Below, in pieces: positions 56,874 through 64,000 of a stretch of 64,000 nucleotides of DNA. Position numbers and translations under genes: made by a program. The notes under the pieces are model-generated. The model did not search any database and was not told the origin of the DNA. It worked only from the letters and a program-made list of their open reading frames with translations. The DNA comes from a bacterium (GTDB lineage Bacteria > Armatimonadota > Chthonomonadetes > Chthonomonadales > Chthonomonadaceae): assembly GCA_021805395.1 (NCBI GenBank), contig JAJZFJ010000244.1, positions 2,543 through 66,542 of the forward strand, in the 5' to 3' direction. Within the stretch, counting starts at the first letter, position 1. Each line of letters starts with the position of its first letter.

Positions 56874-57818
56874 GTGGATTTACCAATGCGCTTAACATGT
56901 GTGGGAGTTCTGGTAGCGGATGCAGTCGGATGGAAAATTGATTCACTCCCTCCACCCGGACACCTTGTATTTGTTGACGGAGTTGCACTTCATATTGGAG
57001 GCAATGCTGCAAACGCAGCTATTGCTGCTGCAAAATTGGGAGTGGAAACTGCCATTGTCGGGCGAATTGGAGCGGATGGATTTGGAGGATATATCCGAGC
57101 TGCTCTTCAGCAAGAGAGAATAGATACCAGAGGGCTGATCGAAGATCCGTCCGCACCAACCTCCGCAACATTGGTGATCACGCATACAGATGGCGAAAGA
57201 ACTCTTCTGCACAGCCCAGGATCAAACGGTCTTCTCAACATTGCAGATGTTCCACTACAAAGTATGCATTCCGGTGATATTATGCATATTGCGAGCGCAT
57301 TTCTGCTAAGCGGAATGGACGGCGAGCCCATGGCGGAACTGTTGAAGAATGCGCAGAGTGAGGGTGTGATAACCAGCCTGGATACAGCATGGGATCCTAG
57401 TGGATACTGGATGCAAAAACTTGCACCTGCACTTCCATATCTGGATTACTTTATGCCCAGCTACGAGGAGGCGAAAATGCTGGCAAATCAGGAGCCGGAT
57501 CCTTCCAGACAGGCAGCACTGTTCCATAGTATGGGAGCAAAAACAGTCGCCATTAAACTGGGGGAGAGAGGGTGTTTGATAAGGAGACAAGATGGTGGCG
57601 AGATATGGGTTGAAAGCTTTAAAACAGATGTCGTAGATACTTTAGGAGCAGGTGATGCGTGGAGTGGGGGCTTCCTGGCTGGTTTGAATTTGGGTTATTC
57701 CCTTGATAGATGCGGTCAGTTGGCCAATGCAGTTGGTGCATGCTGCGTGAGTGGAGTTGGTGCCACCACAGGACTTCGTTCTCTACAAGAGACGCTTGAG
57801 ATTATGGATCGACGGTGA
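56874..57818 (+). CDS. PfkB-family carbohydrate kinase (ribokinase-like)
   Basis: 314 aa. GG dipeptide region HIGGNAANAA and the C-terminal signature DTLGAGDAWSGGFLAG. Alternative start ATG 56886. Confidence 0.88.
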   Translation: MDLPMRLTCVGVLVADAVGWKIDSLPPPGHLVFVDGVALHIGGNAANAAIAAAKLGVETAIVGRIGADGFGGYIRAALQQERIDTRGLIEDPSAPTSATLVITHTDGERTLLHSPGSNGLLNIADVPLQSMHSGDIMHIASAFLLSGMDGEPMAELLKNAQSEGVITSLDTAWDPSGYWMQKLAPALPYLDYFMPSYEEAKMLANQEPDPSRQAALFHSMGAKTVAIKLGERGCLIRRQDGGEIWVESFKTDVVDTLGAGDAWSGGFLAGLNLGYSLDRCGQLANAVGACCVSGVGATTGLRSLQETLEIMDRR

Positions 57819-58984
57819 ATACAGCTGCGTCTGGCATGAGAGTGGTCATGTTCACACCGATGAAGATACGCTGTGGTATTTCAGACTACAGCCAGCTGCT
57901 TATTTCTGCTTTGCAGCAGAATAGTCAAATTTCACATGTCTCAATCATAGAACCACCAAAAAATGCTGTAGTTCCATCCACTATCAGGGCATTGGCAAAG
58001 TACAGAGCACTGGATCGGTCGTACCGTGCTAAAGCAAGAATGACTCATCTGGATATGCTGGATATTACCCATGTACAGCACCAATACTTCTTTTTTGGAG
58101 GAGTAGCAGGGTTTAAGAACCATGCGACTACTTTTTATAAGAGTGCTAAAAAACCTCTGGTCGTAACGGTTCATGAGATAGCTATGCCGCCTGAAAACTG
58201 CGGGCGTACGGTAGAAACGGTTATTCGAAATGCTAATAGAGATAACTTTCTTCACCCTGCAATCTCTCACCTCATTGTGCATACTTCTCTAGACAGGGAA
58301 CGGTTACTAGATATGGGAGCTAAGCCAGACAGAGTGATTCACATTCCCATGGGCATTCCTCCTTCCGCTGATATGCCTGATGTGGATTTTGCAAAAAGGC
58401 AGTTGAATCTAGCTGGCAAGAAAGTAGTGACACTGTTTGGATTTCTGGCAAGAAACAAAGGCCATCATGCTGCATTAGAGATGATCCAGATGCTGGATGA
58501 TGATGTTTTTCTGCTTCTGGCTGGAGATCAGCATCCAGATGATCAGACACCGTACGTGGAAACACTGAAAAAGATGATTGAAGAGATGCAGTTACAAAAC
58601 CGTGTTAGAATCACTGGATTTATCCCTTCAGAAGATATTCCCACAATAATGGCTGCAACAGATGTTGCGATTGCGCCCTTTATCAAAGGATCCGGGTCTG
58701 CTTCACTCTCTCAGTTGCTTGGGTACGGAAAAGCTATCATTGCATCTGATATTGAGCCAAATAGAGAGATAGCTGCGCATCAGCCTCCGCCACTTTTACT
58801 GTTTCCTTCAGGTGATTCCAGGGAGCTGGCACATCTGGTTCAGGAAATGCTTAAGGATGTCCAGTCGAGAAAGGCTCTTGAGAACCGTGCCCTGAAATTT
58901 GCAAAGGAGAGAAGCTATCAGCAGATGGCGCAACAGACCGTGGAGGTCTATCGAGAGGCCGTTGCGATGCAATCTGGCCGGTAA
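57815..58984 (+). CDS. glycosyltransferase family 4 (GT-B fold)
   Basis: 389 aa. The GTG start overlaps the pfkB stop (GTGA). C-terminal domain pattern FGFLARNKGHH..., FIKGSGSASLSQLLGYGKAIIASD (E-x7-E region degenerate). Confidence 0.8.
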   Translation: MNTAASGMRVVMFTPMKIRCGISDYSQLLISALQQNSQISHVSIIEPPKNAVVPSTIRALAKYRALDRSYRAKARMTHLDMLDITHVQHQYFFFGGVAGFKNHATTFYKSAKKPLVVTVHEIAMPPENCGRTVETVIRNANRDNFLHPAISHLIVHTSLDRERLLDMGAKPDRVIHIPMGIPPSADMPDVDFAKRQLNLAGKKVVTLFGFLARNKGHHAALEMIQMLDDDVFLLLAGDQHPDDQTPYVETLKKMIEEMQLQNRVRITGFIPSEDIPTIMAATDVAIAPFIKGSGSASLSQLLGYGKAIIASDIEPNREIAAHQPPPLLLFPSGDSRELAHLVQEMLKDVQSRKALENRALKFAKERSYQQMAQQTVEVYREAVAMQSGR

Positions 58985-59005
58985 TAGCTGTTGACATGGA
59001 CAGTC

Positions 59006-60460
59006 TCACACAGCGGCGCCTCTTCCGGCAGCCTGCGCGATATGTGGGCCATGTTCTGTTTCCCAGCATCGACGTGCATCTGGAAAGATCTTTCCGGGAT
59101 TACAAAGCTCGTTGGAATTAAAGACAGCTTTCAAGTTTTGCATCAGTGCAAGGTCATCAGGGTTGAAGAGGACTGCCATGGCATCCAGCTTCTCCACACC
59201 GATGCCGTGCTCGCCAGAGATTGAGCCTCCTACCTCTACACATAGCCGCAGTATCTCCTCTCCAGCCAATCTAACATTCTCTACCTGCAACGGGCTGTTG
59301 ACATCGAACATGAGGTTCGGATGCAGGTTTCCATCTCCGGCGTGGAACACATTTCCAGAGAGTATTCCATACTTGTCGGAGATAGCTTTCACCTGTTTCA
59401 AGACTTCAGGAAGTTTAGTCCGTGGGATTACACCATCGTGGGTTACCATTGACAACCCGAGCCTGCCTAATGCTCCAAATGACTGTTTGCGAGCTTTCCA
59501 TAACAGTGCACGCTCTCTCTCTGAGGAGGCAACCCGTACCTCTCTTGCTCCATTAAGCATCGCTATCTCTTTCGCACGATCTGCTTCGGCATCCAACCCT
59601 GCCTCCAGACCATCAACTTCTATTATCAATACTGCTACTGCATCATCTGGGAAACCCAGGTGAAACGCTTCCTCACATGCTTTGATTATAAAAGTGTCAA
59701 TCATCTCCAATGCAGCAGGCAGTACGCCTGCAGCTACGATATCTGAAACGGTTCGGGTTGCATCCTCAACCTGCTCAAAAATAGCAAGTAGTGTACGTAC
59801 CTGTTGCGGAATAGGTGTTAATCTAACGATGACTTCCGTTACGATGCCCATGGTGCCTTCAGATCCTACGACGATACCCACAAGATCATAGCCATTGGGA
59901 TTTTCGGCTTTGCCACCAAGCTTCACAATTTCACCGTCTGGCATCACCATCGTTAAGCCAGTCACATGGTTCGTTGTTACTCCATATTTAAGTGTATGAG
60001 GACCGCCTGCATTCTCTGCTACATTACCTCCAACTGTGCAGGCACCCTGACTGGAGGGATCTGGAGCATAGTGGAATCCCTTCGCTTTCACCGCTTTGGT
60101 GAGGTACGTGTTCACAACACCAGCCTGTGCTGTCAGGCGTCGGTTAACGTAGTCTATCTCCAGGATCTGGTTAAGGCGCGTGGTACATATCAGGATGCCT
60201 CCACACATGGTTGTAGCTCCTCCTGACAACCCTGTACCGCTTCCTCGTGGAGTGAATGGAATATGCATTCGATTGCAAAGCTTAACTATTTCGCTCACAT
60301 GCTCTGTGCTGCGTGGCAGTGCAACTGCGATAGGAGGGTTTCGTACAGGAGCATAGCCATCACAGTCGTATGCCTTCAGAGAGGATGGATCTGTTAGTAC
60401 ACCTTCCGTTCCGATTATTTTCTGCAGCTCAAGTATAAAATTACCGTTGCGACTTTGCAT
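59006..60460 (-). CDS. FAD-linked oxidase, glycolate oxidase subunit GlcD-like
   Basis: 484 aa. FAD_binding_4 pattern PIAVALPRSTEHVSEIVKLCNRMHIPFTPRGSGTGLSGGA and C-terminal GGSISGEHGIG.EK. Confidence 0.88.
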   Translation of the reverse strand: MQSRNGNFILELQKIIGTEGVLTDPSSLKAYDCDGYAPVRNPPIAVALPRSTEHVSEIVKLCNRMHIPFTPRGSGTGLSGGATTMCGGILICTTRLNQILEIDYVNRRLTAQAGVVNTYLTKAVKAKGFHYAPDPSSQGACTVGGNVAENAGGPHTLKYGVTTNHVTGLTMVMPDGEIVKLGGKAENPNGYDLVGIVVGSEGTMGIVTEVIVRLTPIPQQVRTLLAIFEQVEDATRTVSDIVAAGVLPAALEMIDTFIIKACEEAFHLGFPDDAVAVLIIEVDGLEAGLDAEADRAKEIAMLNGAREVRVASSERERALLWKARKQSFGALGRLGLSMVTHDGVIPRTKLPEVLKQVKAISDKYGILSGNVFHAGDGNLHPNLMFDVNSPLQVENVRLAGEEILRLCVEVGGSISGEHGIGVEKLDAMAVLFNPDDLALMQNLKAVFNSNELCNPGKIFPDARRCWETEHGPHIAQAAGRGAAV

Positions 60461-60499
60461 GTTCGCTCCTGTTCAAAATTTGTGCTACGTTTATACGTC

Positions 60500-61603
60500 C
60501 TATTCAGACATCTCGCTTAAATCAATCCTTCTACCTTCTTTTGCGGAACGATAGATTGCAAGGATCACAGCAACAGGTTTCCTTCCTTCACGGGCATCCA
60601 CAACAGGAGTCGAGCCTGTATGAACAGCTTTAAGGAAGTCTTCAATCTGGGCCCTGTGGGAATCACCCCAAACGGCGGCTGGATCGGATGCTGTGGCTGC
60701 TGCAGCAGTGGTATCATCCTTCACCGCGGATGTGCCTCCCTGTGCTACTTTGAGTGCATGTTCAATTGCTGCTTCACCTTCTATCTTTTCTCCAGATTTA
60801 AAGTGCATTGATTTTAGTCGATCGGCTTCAATTACAATACTGCCTTCGGTTCCATACAGGTCCAATCGCACAGCGTGCCCGGGGTAGCATGCTGTGGAGG
60901 CAGTGATTGTGCCAATTGCGCCATTTTCAAATTCCAGTGCGGCAACTACCAGATCTTCGACCTCAATGCGCTCATGTGCTGCGGTGCGGGTGAGAGCATA
61001 CACGCTCTTCACATTACCCGCAAGCCACTGCAGCAGGTCAACAGTATGAACACCCTGATTCATGAGAGCACCGCCGCCATCCAGTGCCCATGTACCACGC
61101 CAGTCACCAGAGTCGTAGTAGTCCTGGGTTCTGTACCACTTGACAGAAGCATCTGCCAGCACGAGTCGGCCCGGTTTGCCTTCGTGTAATGCATCCCTTG
61201 CAGCAATTGTGCCGGCATCAAACCTGTGCTGACTGATCACTGCCACCACCTTTTTACACTCGTCTGCGGCACGGATGAGTCTGTCGCAGGCTTCCATGGA
61301 GATGTCCATGGGCTTTTCGATAATGACGTGCTTGCCAGCTCTCAATGCTTCAATGGCTAAGTCTGCATGCGTACCGGAAGGGGTACAGATACTAACCCCA
61401 TCCACTGCTGGATTCCGGAGAAGCTCTGTGCAGGAGGAGTACAGGGAGTCAATTCCATGCTTGGTACCCAGCGCACGTGCTTTCTCTATAAGGGTGTCGG
61501 CGAGAGCTACCACCTCGGTTCCTTCAATTTGACCAATCGCACCGATATGCGTGGGAGCTATCACGCCACACCCTACTATTCCAAACCGAAATGGAGATGC
61601 CAT
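60500..61603 (-). CDS. Gfo/Idh/MocA-family NAD(P)-dependent oxidoreductase
   Basis: 367 aa. FRFGIVGCGVIAPTHIGAI Rossmann start, and GKHVIIEKPM, the canonical EKP motif. Confidence 0.9.
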   Translation of the reverse strand: MASPFRFGIVGCGVIAPTHIGAIGQIEGTEVVALADTLIEKARALGTKHGIDSLYSSCTELLRNPAVDGVSICTPSGTHADLAIEALRAGKHVIIEKPMDISMEACDRLIRAADECKKVVAVISQHRFDAGTIAARDALHEGKPGRLVLADASVKWYRTQDYYDSGDWRGTWALDGGGALMNQGVHTVDLLQWLAGNVKSVYALTRTAAHERIEVEDLVVAALEFENGAIGTITASTACYPGHAVRLDLYGTEGSIVIEADRLKSMHFKSGEKIEGEAAIEHALKVAQGGTSAVKDDTTAAAATASDPAAVWGDSHRAQIEDFLKAVHTGSTPVVDAREGRKPVAVILAIYRSAKEGRRIDLSEMSE

Positions 61604-61800
61604 ATTTCACTGTCCTCATGGTTATGTAGTACTGATAGCTTCTACATTCCCACTGGTAACTCCTCTTGATACGGCAATTGGTAAGGCTGCCCGGTCAAAT
61701 GACATTAGTTAATGAGAAAAACTTTGTAGGTATTTTGGGAATCAGTGGCAATATGAATGTTACTATTTAGTCTTTAACTACTAGATCCTCTTCTGGATTT

Positions 61801-61828
61801 ATCGTGGCCGTCCGGATGCGGCCACGAT
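61801..61828. other. isolated GC-rich perfect hairpin in an AT-rich intergenic region
   Basis: ATCGTGGCCG (61801-10) - tccggatg - CGGCCACGAT (61819-28). A 10-bp perfect stem with no U-tract on either strand. Confidence 0.6.
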
Positions 61829-62083
61829 ATGGCATACGAAGTTCGTGATTAAGCAAACTGATTCCTCATGTATCATAGAACAATAATGCTTGATAAAATA
61901 AAATTATACTTATATGCATTTTATTATTACATTATGTAAATTCCATTCATTAATTGATTAAGTCATGCTGTATATCTCTTTAACTCATAAACATCAATAA
62001 GCATACTATATTCCAATATTGCCTTAGATCCATTTGTTTAGATTAAAAATGATACCTCTTCTGTTCTTCGTGAACCCTGAATT

Positions 62084-62128
62084 CCCGCCTACTTCTCCAG
62101 TGAGAGAAGAGGCGGGTATTTTAATTTT
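62084..62128 (+). terminator. orphan rho-independent terminator-like element on the plus strand
   Basis: CCCGCC-t-a-CTTCTC-cagtga-GAGAAG-a-GGCGGG (62084-62116), followed by TATTTTAATTTT. No annotated plus-strand gene ends upstream of it. Confidence 0.6.
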
Positions 62129-62250
62129 AAAATTACAATAATAAACAGTAATAGATTAATAATATAATTATAATTCTGATAATATGAATTTAGTAAATAT
62201 CATAAATTAACAAATATCAATGTTTCTTATTTTCATTTTATCATTTAATG

Positions 62251-62267
62251 GATTCACATTGTGAATC
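62251..62267. promoter_or_regulatory. perfect 17-bp palindrome (candidate operator) upstream of the adhesin-like gene
   Basis: GATTCACA-t-TGTGAATC, about 190 nt upstream of ATG 62456. Confidence 0.4.
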
Positions 62268-62455
62268 TTCATTTTATATCAAAATTTAAGTATAATATCA
62301 TCGTATAATGGATCAAGTGAAGAAGTAATATAATTCATTTGACATTAGTACGTAACAGAAGATCAATAGATTCTAGGAAATTTCAGACACCAAACTATAA
62401 AAGGAGGTAACGGCTTGTCGACTGAATTTGATTTCATTCGACCGTCGAAATCACT

Positions 62456-64000
62456 ATGGGGTACCAAAGAATCAGGTTTAGTCGCAGACATTTGAGTAAC
62501 AAGCGAGATGCACTCTCTCCTATCAGATTACATCACCAATTATCGCCTAATCTAACAATAATGTTAGGTGTGGCTGGTGTTGTATTGAGTACATCTGCAT
62601 TTGCAGGGAATGTGACATGGGTTGGCAATGGAACTAATAACTATTGGGACAATTCATCCAACTGGTCGCCATCCACTCCTAATGGAACAGATAATGTGAT
62701 CAACTCAACAGGTGCAACCATTGATGTAGAAAATGGAGGTACTTTTGGCACTTTTGTTACAAATGGTGAGTTGGATCTTACAGGCGGAAGTTTTACTGGT
62801 GGTGAGAAAAACAGCACTCTTCAAGTCAATGGATTATTGAACATTGAAGGAGGTACACTGCAAGGTGTAGATGTTTTAGCTCCTACTGGCGGACAATTGA
62901 TTACATTTCACAGTAATGCAAGTAATACCCTCATTAATGACACCTTTGAAGCTGGAACCAAGCTGGATTTTGCCTCACAGTTATTCGCAATGAGTTTTGT
63001 GGAGGGAATCACTAACTTTAACGGAACTACATCCTTGGCTTCACCAGCCATAATTAATATTCAGACAACTGCATCGAATGGTGTATCTGTTCTCACAAAT
63101 AACGGAACTATTCAGGGTGCAGGTACAATTTTAGGAAATCAGGGTCTAGTTAACAATAACACCATTAATGCAGATACCAACAATCAAACGCTTCTTCTTG
63201 AGCCATCTTCTATAACAAACTCTGGAATACTAGAAGCAACAGATGGTGGGTTGCTGAATTTGAACTCAACTACCACTAGTAGTGGGATGATTACAGCATC
63301 AGGGAATGGCAGCAAAGTTGATATTAACGGAACGTTAACAGATAGTGGAGCCATTACAGCTAACGGGAGCGGAAGCGAAATACAGTTAGAAGGTACCTTA
63401 ACCGGCAACGGCGATCATCTGAATGCTGAAAATGGTGGTTTACTTTTGGTGAATGGATCGACAATTTCAGGATCTGTTAATGTAAACACAGGTAGTTTGA
63501 GTTTTGCTGATAATAGCAACAATGACCTTCTAAACGCCACGATAACTGGCAATCTAGATTTTGTATCTCAACTTAGTGCCACCAGTTATGTGGAAGGAAC
63601 AACTACCTTCAATGGTACGACTTTCATGGCTCCCGATTGTGCGATTGGAATTCAAACCACAGCATCAAATGGAGCATCCACTCTCACAAATAATGGTGCC
63701 ATTCAGGGAGCAGGTATCATTTTCGGCAATCAAAGTTTAGAGAACAATAACACCATCAATGCGAATATCAATTCTCAAACTCTTATGATTGAACCTGCCA
63801 GCATAACTAGTTCTGGGATAATGGAAGCCACAAATGGTGGAGAGTTGAACATAAATTCCAATTTCACAAACAGTGGTAGCATATCAGCAATTGGTGCCGG
63901 TACTCAGGTTATCTTAGGCGGAACTGGCACCAATACGGGCACTATTTCGGCATCAGGAAATGGCAGTCAGGTTGCTCTTATAGGAGCGTTAACAGATAGT
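62456..64000 (+). CDS. large secreted repeat protein, autotransporter-passenger/adhesin-like beta-helix (autotransporter-associated beta-strand-repeat type). The 3' end lies beyond the right window edge
   Basis: Not in the ORF track because it has no stop in the window. My translation: MGYQRIRFSRRHLSNKRDALSPIRLHHQLSPNLTIMLGVAGVVLSTSAFA/GNVTWVGNGTNNYWDNSSNWSPSTPNGTDNV..., followed by N/G/T/S-rich beta-helix-like repeats. The frame is open from 62432 to 64000. Confidence 0.75.
   Translation, partial: MGYQRIRFSRRHLSNKRDALSPIRLHHQLSPNLTIMLGVAGVVLSTSAFAGNVTWVGNGTNNYWDNSSNWSPSTPNGTDNVINSTGATIDVENGGTFGTFVTNGELDLTGGSFTGGEKNSTLQVNGLLNIEGGTLQGVDVLAPTGGQLITFHSNASNTLINDTFEAGTKLDFASQLFAMSFVEGITNFNGTTSLASPAIINIQTTASNGVSVLTNNGTIQGAGTILGNQGLVNNNTINADTNNQTLLLEPSSITNSGILEATDGGLLNLNSTTTSSGMITASGNGSKVDINGTLTDSGAITANGSGSEIQLEGTLTGNGDHLNAENGGLLLVNGSTISGSVNVNTGSLSFADNSNNDLLNATITGNLDFVSQLSATSYVEGTTTFNGTTFMAPDCAIGIQTTASNGASTLTNNGAIQGAGIIFGNQSLENNNTINANINSQTLMIEPASITSSGIMEATNGGELNINSNFTNSGSISAIGAGTQVILGGTGTNTGTISASGNGSQVALIGALTDS
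62900..64000 (+). repeat. tandem in-frame repeat of about 597 nt (199 aa) inside the adhesin-like gene. The second copy is cut by the window edge
   Basis: Copy 1 from 62900 (ITFHSNASNTLINDTFEAGTKLDFASQL...IQTTASNGVSVLTNNGTIQGAGTILGNQGLVNNNTINADTNNQTLLLEPSSITNSGILEATDGG...). Copy 2 from 63497 (LSFADNSNNDLLNATITGNLDFVSQL...IQTTASNGASTLTNNGAIQGAGIIFGNQSLENNNTINANINSQTLMIEPASITSSGIMEATNGG...). Confidence 0.8.

Noticed and set aside
61786-62068. Shared 9-mer CCTCTTCTG preceding both GC-rich hairpins (61788-96 and 62056-64)
   Set aside because: A single 9-nt match within about 300 nt is within chance expectation, and there is no further similarity around it.
62049-62141. 30-codon plus-strand mini-ORF (MIPLLFFVNPEFPPTSPVREEAGILILKLQ) running through the orphan terminator hairpin
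   Set aside because: No SD, and the coding potential is explained by the hairpin and AT-rich tail. It remains only a remote possibility as a leader peptide.
62251-62267. Interpreting the palindrome as a CRP/FNR-family site
   Set aside because: The half-sites are in the TCACA-N1-TGTGA arrangement, not TGTGA-N6-TCACA, so it does not fit the CRP consensus geometry.
1-64000. Search by eye for CRISPR arrays, tRNA/rRNA genes, transposases, integrases, reverse transcriptases, toxin-antitoxin pairs and known defence genes
   Set aside because: I found no regularly spaced direct repeats, no tRNA-like T-arm or acceptor patterns in intergenic regions, and no ORF with the corresponding motifs. tRNAscan, Infernal or a defence-system finder would be needed to exclude them formally.

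Overview
64-kb chromosomal segment with about 57 protein-coding genes, mostly on the minus strand and tightly packed. I found no rRNA, tRNA, CRISPR array, transposase or integrase by eye.

Recognisable genes:
- Housekeeping and central metabolism: pckA, gltX, rimO, trpF, rpsT, holA, an HtrA-type protease, Hsp20, an M32 carboxypeptidase and a GlcD-like oxidase.
- Secreted carbohydrate-active enzymes: GH5, a GH44-like enzyme, and a beta-propeller/phosphoesterase fusion.
- Regulatory modules: an ECF sigma / anti-sigma / RseB-like module, a MoxR-DUF58-transglutaminase operon, and an EAL-CBS-GGDEF protein.

An H-X9-DG pseudopilin and an autotransporter-type beta-strand-repeat protein suggest a PVC- or Armatimonadota-like lineage. 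That is inference only.

Most interesting observations:
1. A tightly coupled four-gene membrane operon at 50074-54552, encoding a zinc-ribbon/TM protein, a TM-anchored vWA protein, a double coiled-coil polytopic protein, and a DUF2135-like beta-sandwich fused to a polytopic domain. None has an assignable function.
2. A G11 homopolymer at 890-900 that places a strong SD+TTG start exactly one frame out from a long secreted-protein ORF. This is either a candidate phase switch or a homopolymer sequencing error.
3. A strongly AT-rich 0.75-kb island at 61.7-62.45 kb. It holds an orphan terminator, a perfect palindrome and an SD-driven 26-codon uORF, and it lies in front of a repeat-rich adhesin-like gene that runs off the window.
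4. A standalone DnaA-domain-I-like protein.
5. Two tandem amidohydrolase-2-like paralogues in which the expected HxH and Asp ligand positions are replaced.
6. A probable frameshift in a TPR gene.

All family assignments come from motif recognition by eye. No database search was run.
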